DNA of 37,282 nucleotides from positions 1-37,282 of the IMG/VR virus record IMGVR_UViG_3300014153_000004. One strand, written 5' to 3'. The translations under genes were made by a program, and so were the position numbers. The notes under the pieces were generated by a model that worked only from the letters and a program-made list of their open reading frames with translations, was not told the DNA's origin and searched no databases. Shown one piece after another: positions 1 to 8,432 of the stretch (the first letter of the stretch is position 1; each line of letters opens with the position of its first letter). The DNA comes from a virus (Duplodnaviria; Caudoviricetes).

Positions 1-87
1 TCCTGGTGGCGTTTCGACAACTTCAGTTCCAGCTCCCGCACCGTCCGCTACCGCTGCTGTTCCTGCTCCCGCGATTTCTTCTGGCAT
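1..87 (-). CDS. 5' end of gene after portal (partial); possibly scaffold/head protein
   Basis: GGAGG SD then ATG at 87; reads MPEEIAGAGTAAVADGAGAGTEVVETPPG off the window edge; acidic Ala/Gly-rich start and position after portal. Confidence 0.5.
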   Translation of the reverse strand, partial: MPEEIAGAGTAAVADGAGAGTEVVETPPG

Positions 88-153
88 TTTTCTTTCCTCC
101 CCGATGTTTTACCTTCGCCCGATTCTACGCTAAAATAGCGGCTGAAGTCAGAC

Positions 154-170
154 TCCCATTCGAGGTGGGA
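154..170 (+). promoter_or_regulatory. Hairpin overlapping the SD of the HNH-AP2 gene
   Basis: TCCCAT-TCGAG-GTGGGA stem covers GAGGTG; candidate -10 TAAAAT at 131-136. Confidence 0.45.
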
Positions 171-172
171 AT

Positions 173-700
173 ATGAAATACCGTGTGAAACGCCACACAG
201 TCACTCAGCCGCTTGATAAACCTTACCGCTTTATCCCTCTGACACAAAATCAAAATGCCATCGTGGATGCTGCAGATTTCGAGTGGCTTTCTCAATGGAA
301 TTGGGTTGCAAACTGGAATCCTTTGGCGCAGTGCTTCTATGCAATGCGGACAGCTCCCAATCATCTTTTCATAGCGATGCATCGGCAAATACTCGGATGT
401 ACCAAAAGTGAAGAGGCGGACCACAGAAATCATAATACGCTCGACAATCGCAGAAAAAATATAAGAAAGTGTTCTCCTTCTCAAAATCAAGCCAACCGAA
501 GAATTCAGCGTAACAACACAAGTGGATTCTGTGGAGTTAGTTGGAACAAGAGAAACAGCAAATGGCGGGTCAGAGTCGTGGTAAATAGGAAAGAAATCCA
601 TGTCGGCACTTTCAATTCTGCCGAGGAAGGCGGTCATGCTTATGATATTGCTGCGACCAAGTATTTCGGTCCTTTTGCCCACCTGAATTTTCCTCACTGA
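173..700 (+). CDS. HNH homing endonuclease with C-terminal AP2 domain
   Basis: IPLTQ..AIVD, MHRQI, DHRNHNTLDNRRKNIR (HNH_3-type), NNTSGFCGVSW..KWRV...HVGTF..EE...AYD.AA (AP2). Confidence 0.9.
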   Translation: MKYRVKRHTVTQPLDKPYRFIPLTQNQNAIVDAADFEWLSQWNWVANWNPLAQCFYAMRTAPNHLFIAMHRQILGCTKSEEADHRNHNTLDNRRKNIRKCSPSQNQANRRIQRNNTSGFCGVSWNKRNSKWRVRVVVNRKEIHVGTFNSAEEGGHAYDIAATKYFGPFAHLNFPH

Positions 701-3294
701 ATCCTCGTTGGGGCTTGTTCTGGTACACCGGCAGGAATAGGTTCGGCTGGTCCTTTCGCTCCTGCGGGGGCAGGTACAGGAGGTGGTGCCTGCTCACCCG
801 CAGAAGGCGTAACACCGGCTTTCATTAGGATTTGCTTTGCGGCCCCTGCGTCCACGGGCACAACGTCCTTAAAGCCAATCGAGACACTTGGCGGCTTTCC
901 GACTTGCTGGGCTTGAGCCGCTTTGGCTTGAGCTGCTTCCACATGTGCGTCAAAATGGAGCGCACAATTTTCCCAGCCTTTAGGATTAGACCGTTTTTCT
1001 CTACGGCCATCGTCTCCATTTAGGAACATCCACACTGTCGCTGCTTCGGTCACGTTGTCATCGCGCTTCGCGTCAATCGGCAACGAACAAATCTCTTGAG
1101 GCATGGCCGCGACTTCCGCCTCTGCCTGTTGAAGCACTGCGGGGTCCACGCCCATTCCCTTCATCTGTTCGATCTTCGCTTGCGCTTCCATGACTGCGGG
1201 ATTCGGAATCGGCTGCTGTCCAAGCATCACCTGAATTTCACCCAGTTGTTTATTGTGTGAAGCCACTTGGGGAATGTACACGTCGCGTTGGCTGGTCATG
1301 GCCTGCATGTATTCGAGATTCGCGGCGTTAAACATCACTTCCGCAAGTTGCGGATTCTTCGCGGAGGCGTCGAATATCTGCATGAACGCGTTCTTGCGTT
1401 GCGTGAAGGTCTCGGGGAAATTCTCATCGCTTTCCGCGAAGCACAGGATATTCGCTTTCAGGTCGTTCACTTCGAGGCGGATGATCTGGCCCCCGGGAAT
1501 GCGCTCATTGATCGATCCATCGCGGCATTTCGCGCCCCAGCGCACCAGTTGCTTCATGCTCTTGGCTTCCGCGTTTTTGATCGAGTGCCAGGTTGGCGCG
1601 AGCCGGCCGAGAGCGGAGTCTCGCTGTGTGGCGATTGCGACACCGCTATCTGCGGTTCCGGTATCGCCACCAGCGAGTGCGGGATACGCTCCCGAGAGCA
1701 GCTCCGCGAGATCCCCGGCGTACTTGTTGATGAAGTCCGCAAGACTCACGGGCTGTGGCACGGCGGGTTCCACGAAGATCAATTCAGTAATGGGCTTGTT
1801 GGTCGTGTTCTTGAACGCTCCCACGTCACCAGGTACGTTGGTCTGCCCACGAATGGCGTCCACGTTGAACGCACGATTGTCCATCCACTTCTTCGGCACT
1901 GCGCGCACAAAGTAATCGTTCATCAAGTCAAGCCAGTTGTTGAGGCGTTTCTGCACGGGCAACGTCGAAGTGCCCATCGCGTTGCGGTTCTGCCCATCAC
2001 CTGAATACGCTTGCCCGAGTGCCCATGAATCATCCATCGATTCATTGCGCGCATAGCAGAAAGTCTCGCCGGCGTAGACCACGAGGCATCCGTTCGGGAA
2101 CATCTCGATCAGTTCATCGCGTACCGCTTCGTCCTTGATGTTCATCAGCCACGAAGGACGCATCCAAGCGCGCTGGATGGTCACATCCTCGGCCACGGAA
2201 TCACTGGTCACATAGGTAGACTGCATCCCGAGTTTCACATTCTGACGCGCGAGACGGCCGATCTCCCCTTGTGCGGACTGATTCACGCCTGCCTTGATGT
2301 CATCAGCAACCCACGGAAACATGCCCTTCGCTCTCGAGGTATCCACTTCCGTCTCGTAAATGAAGACATCCGCTTCGTCCAAGTTGTTTGCGGACATCGG
2401 CACAATCTTCGTTTCGAGTTTCCCGTGGGCTGTGCGAATCTCTTGGCCGCGGGGCGTGCGCTTGACGGGCTCCTCTTCTTCTTCGCCCTCTTCCGCTTGA
2501 TCCGCTTCGCCACCAGTTTCGCTCTCGGTGGCCGCTTCCTGCTCGACGTTGCTCAGTTCTTTCTGTGACTCTCCCGCGGCATCGCCTTCTTGCGCCGTCT
2601 CGGCCGCTTCGGGCGTGGCAGCGGCTGCAGCGCCTTCTGTGGCTGTTTGTCCCGCTTCGATCGGCTCGTTCTCGGGCACCAAGTCATCGGGTTCATCATC
2701 CTCTTCCCAACCGAACTTCTGGCCGTTCTTCTCATAACGCGACCAGTACGCGAAGCGCCCATCCGTCCAGAGATAGCGCGAAGCATCCGTCTGAATCATG
2801 ATGAGGTCGTTGTTGCGCGAGATTACTTTCACGAACTTGTCGGCGGATTCAGCGGCGGTGATTTGCGCGTCCGAGTCGGCACGCTGAGGAGCGAAGCGTG
2901 TGTTCGGCACGGTGCGCGTCAGCGCAGCGATAATCATCTGCGCGCGAGCGGAATAGATATTTGTGGGAAGCAGCGCGAGATCCATCTGCATTGAAGGACC
3001 ATAGCCAGTGGACTCACCAGGAATGATCCACCCGCCACCACGCTGAGGAATGAGGAACTGGAAACCGCGATAGAAGAGCGCGGCCTCCCATGCTGCAATC
3101 ACTTCTATGAGCCGAGCGGGCATGTCGCGTTTCTGCGCGCATGTCAAACGCTCTTTGATCGCGTTCTTCTGCGTGTCAGTGAGTTTCGCGTTGGGGACGG
3201 GAGACCATTCGACGCCCGCTAGGACCCCTAAACCATACTTGGGTTCGTCCTGCTCTTCGTCGTTTCCCGTGTAATTGTGGACCGCTGTCGCCAA
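694..3294 (-). CDS. Portal protein
   Basis: 866 aa, downstream of TerL; portal-like central region (SGVAIATQRD), Gln/Pro/Ala-rich C-terminal tail, acidic insertion. Confidence 0.8.
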   Translation of the reverse strand: MATAVHNYTGNDEEQDEPKYGLGVLAGVEWSPVPNAKLTDTQKNAIKERLTCAQKRDMPARLIEVIAAWEAALFYRGFQFLIPQRGGGWIIPGESTGYGPSMQMDLALLPTNIYSARAQMIIAALTRTVPNTRFAPQRADSDAQITAAESADKFVKVISRNNDLIMIQTDASRYLWTDGRFAYWSRYEKNGQKFGWEEDDEPDDLVPENEPIEAGQTATEGAAAAATPEAAETAQEGDAAGESQKELSNVEQEAATESETGGEADQAEEGEEEEEPVKRTPRGQEIRTAHGKLETKIVPMSANNLDEADVFIYETEVDTSRAKGMFPWVADDIKAGVNQSAQGEIGRLARQNVKLGMQSTYVTSDSVAEDVTIQRAWMRPSWLMNIKDEAVRDELIEMFPNGCLVVYAGETFCYARNESMDDSWALGQAYSGDGQNRNAMGTSTLPVQKRLNNWLDLMNDYFVRAVPKKWMDNRAFNVDAIRGQTNVPGDVGAFKNTTNKPITELIFVEPAVPQPVSLADFINKYAGDLAELLSGAYPALAGGDTGTADSGVAIATQRDSALGRLAPTWHSIKNAEAKSMKQLVRWGAKCRDGSINERIPGGQIIRLEVNDLKANILCFAESDENFPETFTQRKNAFMQIFDASAKNPQLAEVMFNAANLEYMQAMTSQRDVYIPQVASHNKQLGEIQVMLGQQPIPNPAVMEAQAKIEQMKGMGVDPAVLQQAEAEVAAMPQEICSLPIDAKRDDNVTEAATVWMFLNGDDGRREKRSNPKGWENCALHFDAHVEAAQAKAAQAQQVGKPPSVSIGFKDVVPVDAGAAKQILMKAGVTPSAGEQAPPPVPAPAGAKGPAEPIPAGVPEQAPTRIQ

Positions 3295-3337
3295 AGAAAA
3301 CGCCAGTTCTCACCCGATTACTTGCGCTTCTCGTGCC

Positions 3338-3532
3338 TTACCCGTGACGCGCGCTTGCAAATGCCAGCGCCAATCTCGCGCGCTTTCCAACTTTTCCGCT
3401 TGAGTGCTTGTGCTCTTCCGCGAATTCGTGCGTGCTCTTTCCCGCGCGCTTTGCAGCGGCCTTGAACACGCCCTTGTGACCGGAAGATTCGATCTTGCTC
3501 GCAACCTTGCCCATCCACCTATTAGTGGCCAT
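3338..3532 (-). CDS. Small basic protein
   Basis: SD GGGAG; K/R/H/A-rich 64 aa (GVFKAAAKRAGKSTHEFA...GKRARLA). Confidence 0.75.
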   Translation of the reverse strand: MATNRWMGKVASKIESSGHKGVFKAAAKRAGKSTHEFAEEHKHSSGKVGKRARLALAFASARHG

Positions 3533-3552
3533 CTGCTCCCCTCTCTACCCGA

Positions 3553-3759
3553 TCAACTCTTTTTCATCGCGCTTGCGATCCGCGACTTCTTCTCGAACAG
3601 TTTGCACCAGCCGCCCGGGTCAATGATTCCTTCCACTCTCGCGCAATGGCGCGGCGCGATACGCTCGAAGTAGGTACACGCTTTGCAATGCTCGGGACCA
3701 TGCGCTTCGTCTTCGTACTGCGCGGCGTCCTTGGAGATTTTCACGTAGGTCTCAGCCAC
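3553..3759 (-). CDS. HiPIP-like (4Fe-4S) small protein
   Basis: Y..CKACTYF.....CARVEGIIDPGGWCKLF matches the four-Cys HiPIP pattern; SD GGAGG; no signal peptide. Confidence 0.7.
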   Translation of the reverse strand: MAETYVKISKDAAQYEDEAHGPEHCKACTYFERIAPRHCARVEGIIDPGGWCKLFEKKSRIASAMKKS

Positions 3760-4042
3760 GCTTTAGCTCCTCCACGGGAATGGCGCGCGATCTCCCGAGG
3801 CCCGTGATCTTCGCGACGACCGCGTTATTCTCATCGCGAAAATGGACTTCGGATTCCGGCACGCCAGCGTCAACGTGAATATCCTTGCCCAGAAAACTCA
3901 TGAGGGAAAGCGGCGTGAGTTTCTTGATCTCTTGAACCTGTTCGTTCCCCATCGCGAGATACGCGATGCCTCTCGCGCGGCGAAGAACCTGCACGCCCAT
4001 CATGGGAGTGATTGACGCGCCGTTGGCTGAGATTTCAATCAT
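3752..4042 (-). CDS. Hypothetical protein
   Basis: ATGA overlap with upstream gene; colinear in operon. Confidence 0.65.
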   Translation of the reverse strand: MIEISANGASITPMMGVQVLRRARGIAYLAMGNEQVQEIKKLTPLSLMSFLGKDIHVDAGVPESEVHFRDENNAVVAKITGLGRSRAIPVEELKRG

Positions 4043-4206
4043 CGCCGCGCCTTCCTAAAAGCAGCGGCCATACGCGAGGAGCCCTTGCGCATGTGACCCA
4101 TCGCTGGGTTGGCGTGGAGTTCTGAGTGCATCTTCTCTTTCTGCTTGCCCGTGAGTGGTGAGCCAGAAGAGAAAAGATACTTCACTTGTCTGCGAGTCCA
4201 AGGCAC
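4039..4206 (-). CDS. Small basic protein, 55 aa (not in ORF track)
   Basis: SD AGGAG, GTG start; MPWTRRQVKYLFSSGSPLTGKQKEKMHSELHANPAMGHMRKGSSRMAAAFRKARR; stop overlaps next ATG. Confidence 0.7.
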   Translation of the reverse strand: MPWTRRQVKYLFSSGSPLTGKQKEKMHSELHANPAMGHMRKGSSRMAAAFRKARR

Positions 4207-4221
4207 AGCGCGCTCCTGAGA

Positions 4222-4647
4222 CTAGGCTTCGCTTACACCAGGCATCGAGCCGCTGGATTCGCCGCCACCGTATTCCTCGGCATTCTCATCCGGCGTTTCG
4301 GTCTCTTCGTTCTCGCCAGTCACGCCAAGCGCCTTGCCGAGATGCTCATGCACCTCTTCGTGGCTCTTGTGCCGACTGTGGTGGGGAGGCCCGTCGCCGT
4401 GATGTGACGTGACATGGTGAACGCCTGAGGCTTCGTGGTGCATGTGACCGATAGCGGTCGCTGGACCGTGAATCCCCACATGCTCTTCAATCGGCGTCTT
4501 GGTTGGCGCGTTGTGCGGCCCTGGATTTGGTGCAGCGCCCTTTGCGGGCTCTTCGGTCGCTGGGCCTTTCTTCGCGGAAAGTTCGTCGTGCAGCCGAGCC
4601 CTACTCGCTGAATGATGGACAGAACCATCTTGAGCTTGCATCGTCAT
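4222..4647 (-). CDS. His-rich hypothetical protein
   Basis: Clustered His (GHMHHEASGVHHVTSHHGDGPPHHSRHKSH), acidic tail; SD GAGGAG. Confidence 0.75.
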   Translation of the reverse strand: MTMQAQDGSVHHSASRARLHDELSAKKGPATEEPAKGAAPNPGPHNAPTKTPIEEHVGIHGPATAIGHMHHEASGVHHVTSHHGDGPPHHSRHKSHEEVHEHLGKALGVTGENEETETPDENAEEYGGGESSGSMPGVSEA

Positions 4648-5012
4648 GCTGGTTTCTCCTCTGCCGCCACCTTCGCAGCGGCTTCACTGGCTACCCGATG
4701 TGCGATTGAGTCTTGCTCTTGCTGGGCCTTGATTGAACGCTTCAAGATTCGTTGCCAAGGCGTGCCCACTTCCTGGTCATCGAGCGCTGGAGGTGGCGCG
4801 TCATCCGGCTTGAGCGAAACATTCTGCAATTGCGGGGTGAGCAGGTAGCGCGTTCTAGTCAGCTCATCGCGCAACTCATTGGAAATGGTTATAGCACGCT
4901 CCAGTTCCGAAGCGTGAGTCTTTTCTATGCGTGCGATCTCCTCGCGGTGGCGTTGCTCCTGCTTTTCGAGTTCTTGCTCAAGCCAGATGGTGTGACGCGA
5001 AGCGAATCTCAT
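4644..5012 (-). CDS. Coiled-coil hypothetical protein
   Basis: E/R/Q-rich helical sequence; ATGA overlaps at both ends. Confidence 0.7.
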   Translation of the reverse strand: MRFASRHTIWLEQELEKQEQRHREEIARIEKTHASELERAITISNELRDELTRTRYLLTPQLQNVSLKPDDAPPPALDDQEVGTPWQRILKRSIKAQQEQDSIAHRVASEAAAKVAAEEKPA

Positions 5013-5596
5013 TTCTGGGAACTCCTTGCTTTACGCTTGACCCAACCTGCTCTTATATTCGCCCTAGCTTGCTCGCTGCACGGACGCCGATTCAACCCCT
5101 GTTCAGAATGCGTCGCCCAGCGACAATTTCCGGGTTCATAGTTACCGTCGTTGTTGATTCGGTCAATGGTTAGTCCGATTGGCTTTCTTCCCATATCCAC
5201 AAAGAAATTCTCAAAGGACTCAAGCCAACGCGGGCAGATTTTGATTCCTCGTCCACCATAATCTTTGTATTTTTTGTTTCTGGGATTGAGGCATCGTTGG
5301 CGCATGGATTCCCATGTTTTATATTCACGAGTGATTCTTCCGTGGAAGGATTGTCCATGCTTCAATTGAGGAATGTTTTTGAGCATCAGAGCACGCGAAG
5401 TGTCACGTACTAAACATCCGCACGATTGTACTTGCCGTTGCGTCAAATGAGTTCCCTTGACAACTTTGAGATTCCCGCATTGGCAAAGAGTCAGCCAATG
5501 AACATGACGACCATTAATTCCCGCTGGCCACTGTGCAGTGAGACGTCCAAATCGTTTTCCTGTTAAGTCGTGCATTGGTCTTCCAGGGTATCTCAT
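5009..5596 (-). CDS. HNH-family homing endonuclease
   Basis: [58 protein letters not shown]. Confidence 0.85.
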   Translation of the reverse strand: MRYPGRPMHDLTGKRFGRLTAQWPAGINGRHVHWLTLCQCGNLKVVKGTHLTQRQVQSCGCLVRDTSRALMLKNIPQLKHGQSFHGRITREYKTWESMRQRCLNPRNKKYKDYGGRGIKICPRWLESFENFFVDMGRKPIGLTIDRINNDGNYEPGNCRWATHSEQGLNRRPCSEQARANIRAGWVKRKARSSQK

Positions 5597-7254
5597 TATT
5601 TTTTGAACCTCTGTTGCCAGGTCGGAATGATCTTGGGTGGACCGTCACCCTTTCTCTGCCGTGCCTGTTCGAGATTATACTCTTTAAATTGTTCAATATG
5701 GCGGCGAAATGGGTCCTTGATTCCTGCCAGCTTTTCCCTGAGCAACTGTTCTTTAGGCTTCTCGCCTTCGAGCAAAACACCAGCCACAGCATAGCGCAGA
5801 GAGTCAGCACAATCATCTTCTAAGCTACTGCCCTTCGGTTTTATCACGTCTTCCATCGAACACGTCGTACCATTCCCACGAACCAAGAGCGGAATGGAAT
5901 CAACGCAGGCAGGACATTCTCCCTGGAGCAAGAACCATTCGTCGGTATCTAGCATCTCGTACATTTTTGTCCATCCCGCGATGCGATCATTGTTTGAACG
6001 TGTCGGGCGTGGAAGTCCAGCGGCCTGAAGTAAATCTCCGATCTCATCAGCCACAGTTCGATTGCTGACCGTGCGATTAAAACGCTCCCATGAGAGATGA
6101 ATGCTGTCTATTTCCCAAGCGTAGCCAGTTTCACGACCCTCATCATCATGAAGACGGGGAATAGCCAAGATAAGAGCACTAGTTTGCTGCTCCACCGTTT
6201 TCTCTTCAAGAACCACTTCCTTCAGTGTGACATTTACAAGGCGCGGTTTCTCACCATCAAAACGTGGTTTCAACACAGCTTTGGTCCAGAAAGTCATCAC
6301 TGACGAATGCGAGAAACCCCAGTCGTAGCCCACCCAAACAGGTTGCCACTGTTCAAATATGAATGCGCTCTTCGGAAGAATGTGGCGCTTCGGGTCCCAA
6401 TTAGAGAAGTACTGCCCGCTGACCGTTTCGAGTTTGCCCCAACGGATCTTGTCGCGCAGCGGCGACTTCTCAAGCGAGCGTATATACCCTTTGTCGCGAA
6501 TCAGGATGGGATTCTGGTCCACGGTCGAGTGTATATATTGATAGTCCTTCGGGTCGTAAGCCGCTGGGTCCATCCCGTGACACGGCTGGTGGTCCACCCA
6601 CACTTTCTTGATCCAGCCCCACCCGATGCCCATGGGGTTGGTCACGCCGGCCATGCACGGCCGCGAGCCATGAATCGTGCAGCGGTTGCGCCCTTCCATC
6701 GCGTCATAGATCAGATAAGGAAATTCGCCCAGCTCCTCGAAGCCGATGAACACGAACTCAGTGGAGAGATATTTCCCCACGTCCTCAATGCGGTCGCACG
6801 CACCAAAGTAGAGTTTGCTCTGCTTCCATACTTTCTTTTGCTCGCCAGTTTCGGGATCAATAATGGGTGTGTCCGTGTCGGGGTCCCAGTCATCCACGAG
6901 AACGGGAGGGAAGTACACGATGTGGTCTGACTTGTTGTAGGTCCCGCGCTCTTGTGAACCGCGCTCGTACAGCGACTTAGGGATATCGTTCTCGAACTTA
7001 TCCAAAACGGTGCGCTTCAGATCGGGGATGGTGCGGCGAAGGATGATGCTGTTCGAGCCTGGAAATTCAATGCAGTGGATAATCGCTTCCATGAGCAAAG
7101 GACGCGACTTTCCAGAACCGAATCCGCCCACGTGCAACCTGTGCTTCGCGGGAAGACAGTGCCAGGCATTCTGGTGGGACCACGGTTTATAAAAGTCCGT
7201 GATTCTCAGCACTTCATCTTCGCGGTATTCGAGAGTGGGAGAAACGCTGGCCAC
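5596..7254 (-). CDS. terL: Terminase large subunit
   Basis: Walker A GGFGSGKS, Walker B FIGFEE, coupling motif TNP, nuclease GYDWG and [10 protein letters not shown]. Confidence 0.95.
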   Translation of the reverse strand: MASVSPTLEYREDEVLRITDFYKPWSHQNAWHCLPAKHRLHVGGFGSGKSRPLLMEAIIHCIEFPGSNSIILRRTIPDLKRTVLDKFENDIPKSLYERGSQERGTYNKSDHIVYFPPVLVDDWDPDTDTPIIDPETGEQKKVWKQSKLYFGACDRIEDVGKYLSTEFVFIGFEELGEFPYLIYDAMEGRNRCTIHGSRPCMAGVTNPMGIGWGWIKKVWVDHQPCHGMDPAAYDPKDYQYIHSTVDQNPILIRDKGYIRSLEKSPLRDKIRWGKLETVSGQYFSNWDPKRHILPKSAFIFEQWQPVWVGYDWGFSHSSVMTFWTKAVLKPRFDGEKPRLVNVTLKEVVLEEKTVEQQTSALILAIPRLHDDEGRETGYAWEIDSIHLSWERFNRTVSNRTVADEIGDLLQAAGLPRPTRSNNDRIAGWTKMYEMLDTDEWFLLQGECPACVDSIPLLVRGNGTTCSMEDVIKPKGSSLEDDCADSLRYAVAGVLLEGEKPKEQLLREKLAGIKDPFRRHIEQFKEYNLEQARQRKGDGPPKIIPTWQQRFKK

Positions 7255-7280
7255 GCGAGAAGGGTATCACAAATAAAATG

Positions 7281-7337
7281 CGCCGCCCCGTATCGGAGTT
7301 CCTCTTTGGGGTTTCCTGACACGGTAAAAACGGCGCG
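7281..7337 (-). other. Long hairpin followed by U-rich tract upstream of terL (small RNA or terminator/attenuator)
   Basis: CGCGCCG/CGGCGCG outer stem; CCGUGUC/GAUACGG and GGA/UCC inner stems; followed by CAUUUUAUUU. Confidence 0.5.
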
Positions 7338-7341
7338 AGAA

Positions 7342-7394
7342 GAGTATATATCACTCTCGCGTGCCTAGCTCTGGATACTTTGGGATATATACTG
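7342..7394. promoter_or_regulatory. Operator pair (TATATA-core palindrome)
   Basis: GAGTATATATCA 7342-7353 and GGATATATACTG 7383-7394; - strand TATACT at 7343-7348. Confidence 0.65.
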
Positions 7395-7396
7395 CG

Positions 7397-7588
7397 CTAA
7401 GATGCACTCTGAAATTCTTTCCGCCGAATATGCCACGCTCGGCAATGCATCTGCGCGCTCTCGTAATCCTCTTGCTCTTTCACGTCTGAAGGGATGGGTT
7501 CGTAATGGCACCCACGACGCCCGAGGTCCCAATTCAAACGGCATCCCTCACAGAGTTTGTCGCACTCGGCTTTTTCTTCCGGGGTCAT
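7397..7588 (-). CDS. Small Cys/His hypothetical protein
   Basis: CDKLCEGC...CHY...HCRA; ATG overlaps the stop of the frameshift extension. Confidence 0.65.
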   Translation of the reverse strand: MTPEEKAECDKLCEGCRLNWDLGRRGCHYEPIPSDVKEQEDYESAQMHCRAWHIRRKEFQSAS

Positions 7589-7851
7589 TGGTTCTGCGTA
7601 ATCACTTGCGAAGCGGTATAGCTCGATGACGCTGTGGTTGGCGATGATGTGTATACTAAGCCCGCAAAGTTACCCGAGGTTGTTCCGAGTGTACGGACAG
7701 CTACATCAACGACTGGTTCGTGCCGTTCCCACCATTGCGGATTCAAGCTAGAGCGCTCAAGATACCCTGGAAGCGCTTGCCCCGCTTGTGATGCCTCTGG
7801 TTTTGGTTGCCGCTTTTCTTTCTTTTGCTCAAGCGGCTGAGCTAGAAAGGG
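7585..7851 (-). CDS. -1 frameshift extension of gene 7842..8066 (fusion 160 aa)
   Basis: 89 open codons starting at slippery CCC TTT; no ATG; TGA overlaps next ATG. Confidence 0.7.
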   Translation of the reverse strand, partial: PFLAQPLEQKKEKRQPKPEASQAGQALPGYLERSSLNPQWWERHEPVVDVAVRTLGTTSGNFAGLVYTSSPTTASSSYTASQVITQNQ

Positions 7852-8066
7852 CGGATGCAGATTTCCACGTCGTCAAGTTTGTCGTCGTAATCGGCAGGGA
7901 TCGACTTCGCGGCCAGCATCGCCACTTCCTTGTCGCTTCCCGCGAGGATGAACTTCGGCTCAGAGACAAGAATTGATTTCTTCGTCTCCAATGGATTCCC
8001 TGCCGCGTCTTTCTTTTCCTTGGGATGATAAAGCACCGCGTATTCAAACAGTTTTCCTCTGGCCAT
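7842..8066 (-). CDS. Hypothetical protein ending RPF at a slippery site
   Basis: SD TAAGGAG; 74 aa; ends C CCT TTC TAG. Confidence 0.85.
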   Translation of the reverse strand: MARGKLFEYAVLYHPKEKKDAAGNPLETKKSILVSEPKFILAGSDKEVAMLAAKSIPADYDDKLDDVEICIRPF

Positions 8067-8151
8067 ATTTTCTCCTTAGAGTTTGATAAATTCGCCCTCC
8101 ACGTCCTAGAACGAAAAGAACGAAAACCGTGATGAAAAAGAGCCACTTCAT
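8044..8151 (-). CDS. 35-aa membrane peptide (not in ORF track)
   Basis: MKWLFFITVFVLFVLGRGGRIYQTLRRKYGQRKTV; ATGA overlap with upstream stop. Confidence 0.5.
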   Translation of the reverse strand: MKWLFFITVFVLFVLGRGGRIYQTLRRKYGQRKTV

Positions 8152-8396
8152 TTCTGTCTCGCGCCAATCGCGATGAAATTGAATTTATTTCTCGCGAGTT
8201 CCACTTGCTTGAACTCCAGTCTCGGGAACTTCGCGTCAAGATGCTCGATCACGCGCTCCAGGGACGCTTCAATGTCCGCTGCGCTGTAGCCGCGCTGGGG
8301 CGGCGCGCGAAAGACGTGCGGCATTACCTTCTCGCCCACGATGATCTTCACTTCTAGGCGCTTCCAGAGTTTGCTTCCGTCTTTTGCTGGCTTCAT
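8148..8396 (-). CDS. Hypothetical protein
   Basis: 82 aa, globular composition, colinear in operon. Confidence 0.7.
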   Translation of the reverse strand: MKPAKDGSKLWKRLEVKIIVGEKVMPHVFRAPPQRGYSAADIEASLERVIEHLDAKFPRLEFKQVELARNKFNFIAIGARQK

Positions 8397-8432
8397 TGCG
8401 TGGTAAGGCGCGTCAGGCGCGTGGCCTGAATC

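Noticed and set aside
5009-5060. Possible stranded terL tail in the HNH C-terminus (IRAGWVKRK vs [11 protein letters not shown])
   Set aside because: Similarity too weak to distinguish from chance
6820-6910. Intein in terL ([18 protein letters not shown] insertion)
   Set aside because: About 25 aa only; no Cys/Ser start or His-Asn end
7634-7840. + strand 68-aa ORF in the gap after 7842
   Set aside because: The gap is better explained by the - strand -1 frame that couples to the next ATG
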